The notes under the pieces were generated by a model. It was not told the DNA's origin. It did no database searches and saw nothing but the letters and a program-made list of their open reading frames with translations. A stretch of 64,000 nt of DNA, taken from positions 9,295 through 73,294 of IMG/VR virus record IMGVR_UViG_3300021090_000013; one strand, written 5' to 3'. Shown piece after piece: positions 29,163 through 39,043 of this stretch (positions within the stretch are counted from its first letter, which is position 1; each line of letters starts with the position of its first letter). The position numbers and the translations under genes were made by a program. This DNA comes from a virus.

Positions 29163-30956
29163 TTGGCAATCGGACTTCGAGGCGTTGCGACTCAGACGGC
29201 ATGGTCGAGCGCGACCCCTTCGCCCACGCTCAACTTCCCAGCCGGCGTAGCCCAGGGAGACCTCCTCCTCGCGTTCTTCACGACGAACAGTGCGCATAAC
29301 GGAGCCGCCTCGATCGTCTCCGGCTCCTGGACGTGGACTAAGATCGTCGAAGTAGACGACGGCGGGGCGGACAGCACCAGCTCTCTCTACTGGGCCATCG
29401 CGCCGGCAACTCCTGGCACGTCCTTCGCGTTCACGAGCGTGTTCGACGCGACCGAGACCGGCATGGGCGTCATCGTCGCCCTGACCGGACTCTTCGGCGC
29501 GACTAGCATCCACAAGTTCTCGGGGATTGAGCGGACCGTCGCAGCAGCTGGTCTCGCGACGAGCACGGCGACGGTCCAGACGGTCGACAACTGCCTGATC
29601 ATTCAGTTCATCGGGTCAGACCCCGGGACGGGAGCGTACTCCTCGACGCCCGACGCGAGCCCGGTGGGCACCGAGACATTCGATGCGAAGGAAAGCACCG
29701 GCGGGTCGCTCGCGTATACGTACATTCAGCGCTACCAGCAGACGACGGCCGCCTCTCTTGCTCTCGATGCGACGATGGCGACGGCGGACGAGTACCAAGT
29801 CATCCAGGTTGCCATCTGTGAGCAGGCGACCGTCTACACCGAGACGGGCCTGGCCATCGCCGCAGCGGCGACGGTCACCCTCAGCGACCTGGAGCGCTAC
29901 AAGGACCTCGCGCTGGCCGTGGGGGCGGTGGGCGTGGTGTCCGTGGCTGACGTCGAGCACTATCGGCAGATCGGGCTCGCCGTGCCCGTCTCCGCGCTCG
30001 TGACCGCGGCCGCGGCGCAGCACTTCCTGGACACGGGCCTACCGATCCCCGTCACCGGCACGATCAGCGGGAGCGACGCCAAGAAGTACGCCGAGCAAGG
30101 GCTCCAGATCACAGCCGTGGGCACCGTCGCGGAGGCCGACCTCCAGCACTTCAGGGACGCGGGCCTGGCAGTGAGCGCAGCCGGTACGGTGTCTCTGACG
30201 GACGCGCTCCACGCTCTCGACCTCGGGCTGCCCGTCACCATCGTCGGCACCGCGAGCGTCTCCGACAAGGAGCATTACCAGGACCTGGCCCTGGCCGTGC
30301 CCGCCGCCGCCGTCCTCTCCGCGGCTGTCGCGCAGCACTACCAGGAGTTGGGCCTGCCGATCACGGCGGCAGTGACAGCGGCCTTGACAGACGTCGAGCA
30401 CTATAAGGACACGGCCCTCGGGGTGAGCGTCGCGGCTGTGGTGAGCCTGGCCTCTGAGGTCTTCCACGGCTCGTACCCGCAGGAGTTCGTCGCCCTGACC
30501 GCGGTCGCATCGACCGCCGTGACCGACCTCCAGCACTACCTGGAGGCGAGCCTACCGGTGAGCGCGCAGGCGGTCTTGGCGGCCGTGGACAAGGAGCACT
30601 ACCAGGATGCGATGCAGGTCCTGATCGCAGCCACCCTTGGCGCGTCGGACGCCCAGCACTGGGGGGAGGCCCTCGAAGCGCTGGCGACTGGCCAGGTGCT
30701 GCTGACCGACGCGCAGCGCTACAAGGAGGTCGGGCTCCTCGTCTCCGCGGTGGCAACCATCGGCGTCGTGGACGTGAAGCGCCTGGCACGGCTCGGCCTG
30801 CCCATGGTGATCTTCACCACGCCTCCCGTTGAGCGCACCTTCCAGGCGCCATCCGTTCCGGCGTTCGACTGTTCGAGCGTCGAGCGAGTCTTTCTAGCGC
30901 CGAAGGCACACCGGACGTTCGATGCTCCCGCCGTGCAAAGAGTCTTTGGAGGTTGA
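29163..30956 (+). CDS. repeat-containing virion/fibre-like protein
   Basis: N-terminal beta domain then more than 10 imperfect ~25-aa repeats (Y.D.GL.V...V...D.(E/Q)H). Confidence 0.55.
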   Translation: MAIGLRGVATQTAWSSATPSPTLNFPAGVAQGDLLLAFFTTNSAHNGAASIVSGSWTWTKIVEVDDGGADSTSSLYWAIAPATPGTSFAFTSVFDATETGMGVIVALTGLFGATSIHKFSGIERTVAAAGLATSTATVQTVDNCLIIQFIGSDPGTGAYSSTPDASPVGTETFDAKESTGGSLAYTYIQRYQQTTAASLALDATMATADEYQVIQVAICEQATVYTETGLAIAAAATVTLSDLERYKDLALAVGAVGVVSVADVEHYRQIGLAVPVSALVTAAAAQHFLDTGLPIPVTGTISGSDAKKYAEQGLQITAVGTVAEADLQHFRDAGLAVSAAGTVSLTDALHALDLGLPVTIVGTASVSDKEHYQDLALAVPAAAVLSAAVAQHYQELGLPITAAVTAALTDVEHYKDTALGVSVAAVVSLASEVFHGSYPQEFVALTAVASTAVTDLQHYLEASLPVSAQAVLAAVDKEHYQDAMQVLIAATLGASDAQHWGEALEALATGQVLLTDAQRYKEVGLLVSAVATIGVVDVKRLARLGLPMVIFTTPPVERTFQAPSVPAFDCSSVERVFLAPKAHRTFDAPAVQRVFGG

Positions 30957-30957
30957 G

Positions 30958-31692
30958 ATGACCAAGATGCAGAAGGGGATCGCCGCCGTAATCGCCGGCC
31001 TAGGCCTGATCCTGGGCGGCGCTGGCCTCGTGAAGTGGGGGGTTGGCACGATCCGGGAGGAGCTTCGCACCAAGGCGAAGGCCTACACCATCGGGCACGA
31101 CAAGCAGAGCGATGTGGCCCGTCCGGTGCAGCTCGCATCGGTGCAGGAGACCGGCATCTGGACCCTCACCTGGCGTGACGCCCAGGGCCACGTCAAGGCC
31201 ACCGAGGTCCTGCACAACACGCTCAGCCGAGTCGCCGACCAGAGGATGCTGGAGCTTCAGTTCAGGGGAGGGGCGGCCCCGGGGGCCAGCTACTATATCG
31301 GCCTGGCCGATGCTTCGAACCCGTGCTCCATCACCAAGGTGGACAGCACCGCGACCGCCTGGACAGGTGAGCCCGTTGCGAACGGCTATGCCCGCGTGGC
31401 GGTGAGCAAGGATTCGACCGGCTTCCCCACTTCGGCGGCCTCCTCGAACGACTGGCACCTCATCAGCAAGGTGGTGACCTTCACGAGCACGGGAACGATA
31501 GGTCCGGTGAACTGCGCCCTCTTGAGCGACCAGGCGAGCGGTACGGCGGGGGACTGGCACGCCTGGGTTGCCCTCAGCCAGGCGAGGACAATGGCCAACG
31601 GGGAGAGCCTCGACGTCTCGATGGACATCACCCTGGCCTACCTGGGGCTCGACCAGCTCGACACGTACGCGCTGCTGCTGCCGCCCCAGTAG
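30958..31692 (+). CDS. phage structural-type protein with N-terminal hydrophobic segment
   Basis: HNT...YYIGL...NGYARVAV...VTFT...ARTMANGESL pattern resembles phage fibre-associated proteins. Confidence 0.5.
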   Translation: MTKMQKGIAAVIAGLGLILGGAGLVKWGVGTIREELRTKAKAYTIGHDKQSDVARPVQLASVQETGIWTLTWRDAQGHVKATEVLHNTLSRVADQRMLELQFRGGAAPGASYYIGLADASNPCSITKVDSTATAWTGEPVANGYARVAVSKDSTGFPTSAASSNDWHLISKVVTFTSTGTIGPVNCALLSDQASGTAGDWHAWVALSQARTMANGESLDVSMDITLAYLGLDQLDTYALLLPPQ

Positions 31693-31704
31693 CAGGAGGG
31701 ATCT

Positions 31705-32019
31705 ATGGCTCTGGCAGCCAAGCCCGACTTCTCGATGGCCAAGCGCTCAATAGAGAGCGTGCGTCGCGCCATCGACTTCACGCGCGTGCTGGAGTCGGGG
31801 GATTCGCTGGCGAGCGTGAGCGTCACGGCCACAGACGAGGCTGGAGCAGACGTGTCTACCGACCTGGTTGCGTCCCCCAATCCCACGGGAACCAAGGCGG
31901 TCTGGACCCTCCTCGGCTGGGGCACGCTGGGCGCCAGCTACGACGTGCTGATCGTCGCGACAACGGACCAAGGCGACGTGCTGCCAAGGGTGGTGCGGGT
32001 GAGGATCGAGGGCCTGTGA
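31705..32019 (+). CDS. hypothetical structural adaptor-like protein
   Basis: AGGAGG RBS; IDFTRVLESGDSLASV...ATTDQG. Confidence 0.5.
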   Translation: MALAAKPDFSMAKRSIESVRRAIDFTRVLESGDSLASVSVTATDEAGADVSTDLVASPNPTGTKAVWTLLGWGTLGASYDVLIVATTDQGDVLPRVVRVRIEGL

Positions 32020-32255
32020 TGGCGAGGCGGTACCCCGGAGCGTGCGGTCGTTGTCGACTTAGGCCGCCCATGAGGCAGGGGGGCGAGAGGGCAAAGCCCA
32101 CCGGGGTGGAGGGGGGGCACGACAACAAAACGCGTTTGCTCTTATCTTCTCGTCGCCGCCTAACGTCGGAGGCTCCTGGCTTCCACCGCCAAAGGGCGGG
32201 TCAAACGGGCGCGATTCCTCCCTCCCTTTCGTCCAACCCCTAGGGGGTCAAGGCT

Positions 32256-32831
32256 TTGCGAGGAGCCCCCAAACGGCAGAAGCGCTCGCCCACCGCCAAG
32301 GCGAAGCGCAAGCCAGCGCGGCGGAAGGGCCGGGGGCTCAAGGCCGGCCAACCTGCAGGCCTGGTGACGCGTGCCGAGGCTGCGGCCGCGCTTGGCGTGG
32401 AGCCGAACCGGATCAACAAGTGGGCGGCTGACGGCGCTCCCATAGCCAAGCGCGGGAGCCGTGGGCATTCGGCCTACTACGACCTCGACGCCCTGCGGGC
32501 CTGGCGGGACGCACGACAGCCCCCCAATCGTGATCCAGGCCTGAGTTTGGGCGCGGCGCGGGCCCGTGCGGCTGAAGCCCAGGCCGTCAAATGGGAGCGC
32601 GAGAACGAGCTGCGCGCTGGCCAACTCCTCGAGCGCGCTGCGGTGGTGGCGGAGGGGCAAGCGATCCTGGCGGCGCTCAAGTCTCGGCTGCTGTCGCTGC
32701 CGCGGCAGGCCGTGATGCGCGGGGTGATTCAGCGAGAGACGGAGCCGGCCCTCCATGCCTTGGTGGTCGAGGCGCTCAGAGAGCTGAGGCGCTGGACGGT
32801 AGGCGGGGAGCCGATGGAGGCCTCCGCGTGA
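32256..32831 (+). CDS. terminase small subunit (Nu1-like)
   Basis: HTH VTRAEAAAALGV...W...GAP...YDL, then coiled coil; overlaps the large subunit; start uncertain. Confidence 0.8.
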   Translation: MRGAPKRQKRSPTAKAKRKPARRKGRGLKAGQPAGLVTRAEAAAALGVEPNRINKWAADGAPIAKRGSRGHSAYYDLDALRAWRDARQPPNRDPGLSLGAARARAAEAQAVKWERENELRAGQLLERAAVVAEGQAILAALKSRLLSLPRQAVMRGVIQRETEPALHALVVEALRELRRWTVGGEPMEASA

Positions 32832-34729
32832 GCACGCCCGCGCTCGCCGCCGACTGGTTGTCTGCCCTCGAACCGCCGCCCAACCTCAAGGTCAGCGAGT
32901 GGGCCGAAAAATACCGGATGCTTCCGGAAGCGAGTGCGGCCCGGGGCGGGAAGTGGGCGAACGAGACGGCGCCGTACCTCGTCGGGATCATGGATGCCGC
33001 GCGCGAGCCGGGGGTCCGCAAGATTGCCGTGATGAAGGGCGTCCAGACGGGCGGCTCGGAGGCACTGAACAACATCATCGGCTACCACATCCACCACGAC
33101 CCTTGTCCGATGCTCGTCATCCACCCGGCCGTCGACGTCGCCGAGCAGTACTCGAAGGAACGGCTGTCCGACATGATCCGCTCCACCCCGGAGCTCGCCG
33201 CGGTCGTCCGTGACAAGGCGCAACCGAGGACGGTCGCCCAGCAATCAGAGAGCACCTTGACGATGAAGATGTTCCCAGGCGGCTTCATCATCCTGGGTGG
33301 GGCCAATAGCCCGAACCCGTTCGCCCGCAGCTCCGTCCGCATCGGCCTTGGGGATGACGTCGATCGCTGGCCCGCAGTGGTCGGAGTCGAGGGAGACCCC
33401 GTCGACCTTCTGAGCAACCGGGGCACGAGCTTCTATGACGCGGTGACGATCTACGTCTCCACGCCCACGCTCAAGGGCGGGCGGATTGACACGCTCTACT
33501 CCATGAGTGATCGCCGTCGCTACTTCGTACCCTGCCCGCACTGCGGACGATGGGATTGGATGACCTGGAATGCCCCCGACCACCTCAGGGTGAGCTACGA
33601 AGGCGAGGATGCGGACAGCGCTCGGCTTGAGTGCCCCAGCGCGGACCACGGCGGCTGTGGGGGCCAGATGCTCGAGCCGGAGCGCAGGGCGATGGTCGCC
33701 CGAGGCGAGTGGCGCGCTACGGCCCAGGCCCAGGAGCCGGGCCTCGCTGGGTTCCATCTTCCGGCCATGGTCTCGACCCTGGGGGACGTCACGCTCCCTG
33801 GCCTTGTCTCGAAGTGGTTGTCGGCCAGGTCGCGCGGCAAGGAAGCGCTGCGTGTCTTCATCAACACCAGCCTCGCGGAAGGGTGGGAGCATCGAGGGGC
33901 CACGCTCGATTCGCATACGTTGTTGAATCGGCGCGAACCGTACGGCGAGGGGGTCGAGGTCCCAGCGGCAGTGCCCTGCCTGACAGCGGGAGTCGACGTC
34001 CAGATCGATCGCTACGAACTCCAGGTCGTGGGCTGGGGCCTCTTCGGAGAGCGGTGGGTAGTCGACACTGGGGTAGTGCCCGGCAACCCGAAGGCCCCCG
34101 AGACCCAGGCCGGGCTTCTGGAGGCCCTGAGCCGTCGGTATCACCACGCCTCCGGCCACTGGCTGCCCATTCACGCCGTCTGCATCGACTCGGGCTGGCT
34201 GCCGGAGCACGTCTATGCCTTCGCCGCGCGTCATCGCCACCGGCACTTCTATGCGACGAAAGGGATCGGCGGCAAGCGCGGAGAGCCTATCTTGCTGAAC
34301 GCCATCACCAAGGTCCCGATCAACGTGAACGCCGACGGCGCCAAGGCAGACATCATGAGCAGCATCGGCTTGGTGGCGCCCGGGCCCGGCTACATGCACT
34401 TCCCTGAACGGGTCGACGAGGAATACTTCGCCCAGCTCTGCTCGGAGCATTCAGAGACGAGGAAGAACAAGGCGGGCGTCGTCACCGAGGAAATCTGGAT
34501 CCAGGACCGGACCAGGAACGAGGCTCTCGATACCGCCGTCCTGGCCCTCGCGGCCTTCCGGATTCTAGCCAAGGGGAAGGAAAACGATTTCCTGAGGAAC
34601 ATGCTGGCCATCCTGGCATCGACTCCGCCGGCCCCCGGTGGTGACGGTCAGGTACCACCGCCGCAGGCGGCCCCCCAGCCAGCAGGACAGCAACGGCGAG
34701 TCGGGAGGTCTTCCTACCTTGGGCGCTGA
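32828..34729 (+). CDS. terminase large subunit (lambda gpA family)
   Basis: VSEWAEKYR, TAPYL, Q.G..E, VSTPT, YFVPCPHCG, AGVDVQ, IDSG, RNEALD. Confidence 0.95.
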   Translation: MSTPALAADWLSALEPPPNLKVSEWAEKYRMLPEASAARGGKWANETAPYLVGIMDAAREPGVRKIAVMKGVQTGGSEALNNIIGYHIHHDPCPMLVIHPAVDVAEQYSKERLSDMIRSTPELAAVVRDKAQPRTVAQQSESTLTMKMFPGGFIILGGANSPNPFARSSVRIGLGDDVDRWPAVVGVEGDPVDLLSNRGTSFYDAVTIYVSTPTLKGGRIDTLYSMSDRRRYFVPCPHCGRWDWMTWNAPDHLRVSYEGEDADSARLECPSADHGGCGGQMLEPERRAMVARGEWRATAQAQEPGLAGFHLPAMVSTLGDVTLPGLVSKWLSARSRGKEALRVFINTSLAEGWEHRGATLDSHTLLNRREPYGEGVEVPAAVPCLTAGVDVQIDRYELQVVGWGLFGERWVVDTGVVPGNPKAPETQAGLLEALSRRYHHASGHWLPIHAVCIDSGWLPEHVYAFAARHRHRHFYATKGIGGKRGEPILLNAITKVPINVNADGAKADIMSSIGLVAPGPGYMHFPERVDEEYFAQLCSEHSETRKNKAGVVTEEIWIQDRTRNEALDTAVLALAAFRILAKGKENDFLRNMLAILASTPPAPGGDGQVPPPQAAPQPAGQQRRVGRSSYLGR

Positions 34730-35405
34730 GATCGCCCTCGTGACGGCGAACATGGGCGGCCTCGACCCGCTCTTCGCCCTGCCGCCACACCCGGGCGTCG
34801 ACGCCTTCTACTACACCGACCGGCCAGATGCGGTGCCAAGCGGATGGACCGGGTCCTTTGTGGTGGGAGATGGAAACCCGCGACTGCTCGCCAAGCGCTT
34901 CAAGTGCCAGGCCCACCGGCTCGCCGAGGTTCAGGGCTGCCGCTGGCTGGCGTGGGCGGACGCCAGCTTCGAGTTCCGCTCGCTCGACTTCCTGCATGCG
35001 TGGGCCGCGCTCGCAGGCGACGAGGGCGCTTGCGCCGTGTTAGTCCCGCACCCGGACCGGGGGACGGTGGCGGAAGAGTACGCCTACGTGCTGCGGCAGA
35101 TCGCGGGTGGGAATAAGTACCTGAGCAGCCGGTACTCAGCGGAGGTGCTCAGGTGCGAACGCGCGCACTTCAGCCGTACGCACGAGCTCGAGAAGCTCCG
35201 GCTGTGGGCCGGCGGGATGTGGCTCTTCGCCAACGTGCCGCGCACGCACGAGTTCCTCAACTCTTGGTGGGACTGCGTGCTGCGGTTCTCGATCCTCGAC
35301 CAGACGTCTATGTCGCCTCTGCTGGCAGATCACGGGATCGAGCCGGTCGCCTTCAGCGGGAACCTCTACGACAACCAGCACTGGGTGAGGCACCCGCACC
35401 CATGA
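34719..35405 (+). CDS. putative glycosyltransferase (DUF616-like)
   Basis: LVTANMGGLD, YTD, AKRFKCQAH, WADAS, HPDR, DQTS; TTG start with GGGAGG RBS. Confidence 0.65.
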   Translation: MGAEIALVTANMGGLDPLFALPPHPGVDAFYYTDRPDAVPSGWTGSFVVGDGNPRLLAKRFKCQAHRLAEVQGCRWLAWADASFEFRSLDFLHAWAALAGDEGACAVLVPHPDRGTVAEEYAYVLRQIAGGNKYLSSRYSAEVLRCERAHFSRTHELEKLRLWAGGMWLFANVPRTHEFLNSWWDCVLRFSILDQTSMSPLLADHGIEPVAFSGNLYDNQHWVRHPHP

Positions 35406-35944
35406 ACAAGCTTCTACTTTGTGCAGGTCCCACGCGCCCCGCAGGGTTCGTGCGACTGGACTCCAACCCCGCGCACGAGCCGGACATCCTCGCAGAGATC
35501 CCGCCGCTACCGGAGGAGGTGCGGGCCACCAGGTGGGACGTCGTCGAGCTGGTACATGGGATCGAACACTTCTGGCCATGGGATGCTGGGCCGCTCCTCC
35601 AGGAGATTCACGAGGCGCTGCGCCCGGGAGGGGTGCTGGTGCTGGAGCAACCCAACGCCATCGTCGGAGCGCGAGCCCTGCTCGGATTCCAGGAGATGCC
35701 CGGTGCCCCTCGCGCGGACGGCCCCACCACCCTCACGGGAGTCGACAACTCCGAGGGCATGTGGTCCCTCTACGGAGATCCCAATCACCGCGACCCTGGC
35801 TATATGCACCGTTGGACATACAGCCCCGTGTCCCTCACGGCCTTGCTCCGCAGCGTCGCGCCCTGGTCCTCGATCGAGGCTCGCCCGCAGCAGTACCACA
35901 CGTACGCCCGCGGCCGGGACTTCCGGCTGGAGGCCGTCCGGTGA
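35402..35944 (+). CDS. class I SAM-dependent methyltransferase-like protein
   Basis: LLCAG...GFVRLD, HGIEHF, LRPGGVLVLEQPN, HRWTYS. Confidence 0.7.
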   Translation: MNKLLLCAGPTRPAGFVRLDSNPAHEPDILAEIPPLPEEVRATRWDVVELVHGIEHFWPWDAGPLLQEIHEALRPGGVLVLEQPNAIVGARALLGFQEMPGAPRADGPTTLTGVDNSEGMWSLYGDPNHRDPGYMHRWTYSPVSLTALLRSVAPWSSIEARPQQYHTYARGRDFRLEAVR

Positions 35945-36594
35945 TCCTTACGGCTGTGCCTTACGCCGACGACATGAACCTCGGTCAAGCCTACAACGAG
36001 ACCTTCGACCTCGTGGGGCCGGATGACTGGGTGGCGCTTCTCGATCACGATCTATTCTTCACGACCCCGGTGTGGCACCGGCAGCTCCGGGAGGCGGCTG
36101 CGGCCGAGCCGGAGGGGTGCTTCACCGCCATCACCAACCGCATGGCGAACCGGTGGCAGGTCGCACCGGAGGCGGCCGGGGCGGTCGTTCGTGCTGCGAA
36201 CGGGTCCATTTCCAGGAGGGGCGAGGACAGCGTCGCCCACCACAGGAGGGTGGGTACGGAGCGGTTGAAGACGCGCACCCTGTTGGACGTGACGGAGACG
36301 CAGGGCTGGGGAGGCGTGCTGATGCTGATCAGCAAGCGGGCCTGGCTGGATGCTGGCGGCTTCGTCGACGGCCTCTTGTGCGTGGATCATGTTTTTCACT
36401 ACGCGTTACGCGCTGCCGGCCGGAAGGTCTGGCTCATCGAAGGGCTCTATGTCTTCCACTGGCGTGGGACAAGCGGAGGGCCGCGCCCGCCGGGCCCAGA
36501 GATCCCGCGTGCTAGCGACCCACGGACCGGAAACGGCTGCCCCTGCCGGACGATCCCGCACGGCGATCCGAAGGTGCGGAGGCGGCTGCCGTGA
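35941..36594 (+). CDS. GT-A fold glycosyltransferase
   Basis: NLGQAYN, LLDHD (DxD), GVLMLISKRAW...GGF, GLYVFH. Confidence 0.7.
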   Translation: MILTAVPYADDMNLGQAYNETFDLVGPDDWVALLDHDLFFTTPVWHRQLREAAAAEPEGCFTAITNRMANRWQVAPEAAGAVVRAANGSISRRGEDSVAHHRRVGTERLKTRTLLDVTETQGWGGVLMLISKRAWLDAGGFVDGLLCVDHVFHYALRAAGRKVWLIEGLYVFHWRGTSGGPRPPGPEIPRASDPRTGNGCPCRTIPHGDPKVRRRLP

Positions 36595-37433
36595 TCCTTT
36601 GCGCCGTCCCGTTTGCCGGAGAGGTCTACTTCCTGGCGGATCCGCGCGCTCCGAACGCGCCGCGGTATGTCGGTAAGACTTCTCGCGGCCTGACCCGGAG
36701 ACTTTACGGGCACCTTGCGAGCGCTCGTCATGGCGGAAGGGCCCATCGGGATCGTTGGGTTAGCTCGCTCCTGTTGGTCGGACTGTCTCCGGCGATCTGC
36801 CGTTTGTCGGTGGCATGGACCGAGGAGCAACTTAATACACAGGAGCGCGCTTGGATTGACGGATATCGCGCGGCCGGCGTCCTCCTTTGCAATCTCACCG
36901 ACGGGGGAGATGGAACCCTTGGCCATTCTCCATCTCCTGAGGCACGGGCCAAGAAGTCCGCCGCGCTGATTGGGCGGAAACGTCCACCAGAAGTGTGCTC
37001 GAAAATCGGAGATTCCAAGCGCGGCCGAGTCCTTTCGCCTGAGCACCGAGCCAAATTGAGCGTTGCCGGTCGCGGGCGGACGAGGACGTTTTCTCTGGGG
37101 CACCGAGCGAAGTTGAGCGCTCGCCAGACCGGCCGCAGCCTTTCCGCCGAGCATCGAGCGAACATCGGAGCGGGCCTTAGGCAGGCGTGGGCTCGGCCAG
37201 AAGTGAAAGCGAACCGTATCGCCGCACAACGCGCGACGGACCCAGAGGCGAGAAGGCGCAGCGCTTTGATTGCAGCAGCGGCATCTAACCAACCTGAGGC
37301 GCGCGCTCGCCGGGCCATGGCCATAAGGGTCGCGCTGGCCGACCCGGACGTGAGGCTGCGACGGAACGCCTTGACAAGTCTGGCCCTCAAGGCGGCGTGG
37401 GCCCGGCGAAAGGCCGCGGGTACTGCGTCGTGA
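36591..37433 (+). CDS. GIY-YIG homing endonuclease with NUMOD3-like repeats
   Basis: VYFL...RYVGKT..R, E..WI, NLTDGGDG, repeated S(P/A)EHRA(K/N)(L/I). Confidence 0.8.
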   Translation: MILCAVPFAGEVYFLADPRAPNAPRYVGKTSRGLTRRLYGHLASARHGGRAHRDRWVSSLLLVGLSPAICRLSVAWTEEQLNTQERAWIDGYRAAGVLLCNLTDGGDGTLGHSPSPEARAKKSAALIGRKRPPEVCSKIGDSKRGRVLSPEHRAKLSVAGRGRTRTFSLGHRAKLSARQTGRSLSAEHRANIGAGLRQAWARPEVKANRIAAQRATDPEARRRSALIAAAASNQPEARARRAMAIRVALADPDVRLRRNALTSLALKAAWARRKAAGTAS

Positions 37434-38014
37434 TCTTTACGATGACGCCTTTCGCAATAGACATGAACTACGGGAGAGCCTGCAACGAGTTCATGGGGCT
37501 ACTTCCAGACGATGGGTGGGGCTGCATAATCGATCACGACGCGATGTTCACGACGCGGGCCTGGTTCCGCCAGATCGAGGAAGCGATCGACTTCCGTCCC
37601 GACGCCGGCGCCTTCACGGCGGTGAGCAACCGGATCGCCCGCCGTTGGCAGCAGGCCGGGAACAAGGACAGCCACGACATTGTGCAGCACCGTCGCTTCG
37701 GTGCGGCCCGCCTCAAGACCCGCACGCTGCTCGACATCACCAACACGCACGGGTTCGGCGGCGTCGTGATCGTGATCAGCAAGAAGGCGTGGCGCCAGGT
37801 CGGGGGCTTCGTCGACGGGATGCTCTGCGTTGACCATCGGATGCACTTCGCGCTCCGCGAGGCCGGGCGCCGCGTTTGGCTGATCGAGGGTCTTTTCGTC
37901 TACCACTGGCGGCGGGCCCAGGGCGACGGCCCGCCGGCGAATGCGCCACGCGCGGCCGGGTGCCCCTGTCGCGGTACCGAGAGCATGCCCACCGTGAGGG
38001 TGGCCCTTCCATGA
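37430..38014 (+). CDS. GT-A fold glycosyltransferase, paralog of 35941-36594
   Basis: NYGRACN, IIDHD, ISKKAW...GGFVDG.LCVDH shared with the upstream paralog. Confidence 0.7.
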   Translation: MIFTMTPFAIDMNYGRACNEFMGLLPDDGWGCIIDHDAMFTTRAWFRQIEEAIDFRPDAGAFTAVSNRIARRWQQAGNKDSHDIVQHRRFGAARLKTRTLLDITNTHGFGGVVIVISKKAWRQVGGFVDGMLCVDHRMHFALREAGRRVWLIEGLFVYHWRRAQGDGPPANAPRAAGCPCRGTESMPTVRVALP

Positions 38015-38751
38015 CGCGCCTCGTCTCCTGCTACTTTGGCGGCGAGGATTGGAACCGCATGGCCAGGGTGCTGGAGTTCGGCGCGCGCCGTCACTGCCCA
38101 GGATGGGACGTCGACGTTCGCAGGATCGACCCGCCTCGGCCGACCCACTCCCTGTCCGCGAACAAGGTCGGCAACACCCGCAAGCTCGACTGGTGGGCCG
38201 AGCAGGTGCAGGCGGCGTCGGACGGCGCGCAGCTCCTGCTCATCGACACCGACACCATGATCCTCGGCCCCCTCGATGCCGCCTGGGGCGAGAGCTTCGA
38301 TCTTGCCTACACCTTCCGGGACGGCCAGGTGACCGGGCGGTTTCCTCTGAACGCGGGCGTCATCTTCCTGCGCGTATCGGATCGTGTGCGGGCCTTCATG
38401 GGCCGCTGGCGCGAGGAGAACCGGCTGATGCTGGCGGATCCTCGGCGGCACGCGCCTTGGTATAGGCGTTTCGGTGGAATGAACCAGTCGGCCCTGGGGA
38501 AGCTCCTCACCGAGGGCGCGGACAGGGCGCTTGGAGTCCAACTCGGACGCCTACCTTGTTCCAGGTGGAACGCCGAGAACACGACCTGGGAGCGATTCGA
38601 CCCCGCGACGACGCGGATCGTCCACCTCAAGAACGGCTTGCGCCTGGCCGCGCTGGCGAAGGCTGCCAACGCCCCCAGGTTCAAGCCGCTGGTCCGACTC
38701 TGGCGCGGCCTGGAGCGGGAGGCGCTTGCCGCCCAGGGGTCCACCGCGTGA
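38011..38751 (+). CDS. nucleotide-diphospho-sugar transferase
   Basis: LLIDTD (DxD), LNAGVIF, NQSAL, LPCSRWN, IVHLK. Confidence 0.7.
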   Translation: MTRLVSCYFGGEDWNRMARVLEFGARRHCPGWDVDVRRIDPPRPTHSLSANKVGNTRKLDWWAEQVQAASDGAQLLLIDTDTMILGPLDAAWGESFDLAYTFRDGQVTGRFPLNAGVIFLRVSDRVRAFMGRWREENRLMLADPRRHAPWYRRFGGMNQSALGKLLTEGADRALGVQLGRLPCSRWNAENTTWERFDPATTRIVHLKNGLRLAALAKAANAPRFKPLVRLWRGLEREALAAQGSTA

Positions 38752-39014
38752 GCGCGAAGCTCTGGTTCACGGTCCACGAGGTCGCCCTGCTGCTACACAT
38801 CGCCAGACGGACAGTCCGCCGGCTGATCGAGCCGCATCGCGAGCGCTGCCACCTGGCACGCCAGGGACGCCATCCAAGACTCGTGCTGTGGGTTCCGTCT
38901 TCGGTTGTGGGGGAGCTGCGCCGGGAGCGGCGGGCCATGTGGCGGGGGCGGTTCGTCAGTCCCGCAGATCAACTCGCTCTACAGGAAACCCCTGTCAAGC
39001 CCTTTTCACCGTAG
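38748..39014 (+). CDS. small HTH protein
   Basis: FTVHEVALLLHIARRTVRRLI. Confidence 0.55.
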   Translation: MSAKLWFTVHEVALLLHIARRTVRRLIEPHRERCHLARQGRHPRLVLWVPSSVVGELRRERRAMWRGRFVSPADQLALQETPVKPFSP

Positions 39015-39043
39015 CCTCTCACCGTGGCCTCTCACCATGGCCA
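39005..39043. repeat. three tandem 13-bp repeats upstream of the head genes
   Basis: TTCACCGTAGCCT CTCACCGTGGCCT CTCACCATGGCCA. Confidence 0.65.

Noticed and set aside
32020-32255. cos site upstream of the terminase small subunit
   Set aside because: The position fits lambda-like phages, but I cannot identify a specific cohesive-end sequence.
33340-33375. Inactive terminase because Walker B reads GDDVD instead of xDEVD
   Set aside because: All other motifs are intact and the change is conservative; cannot call a pseudogene without an alignment.
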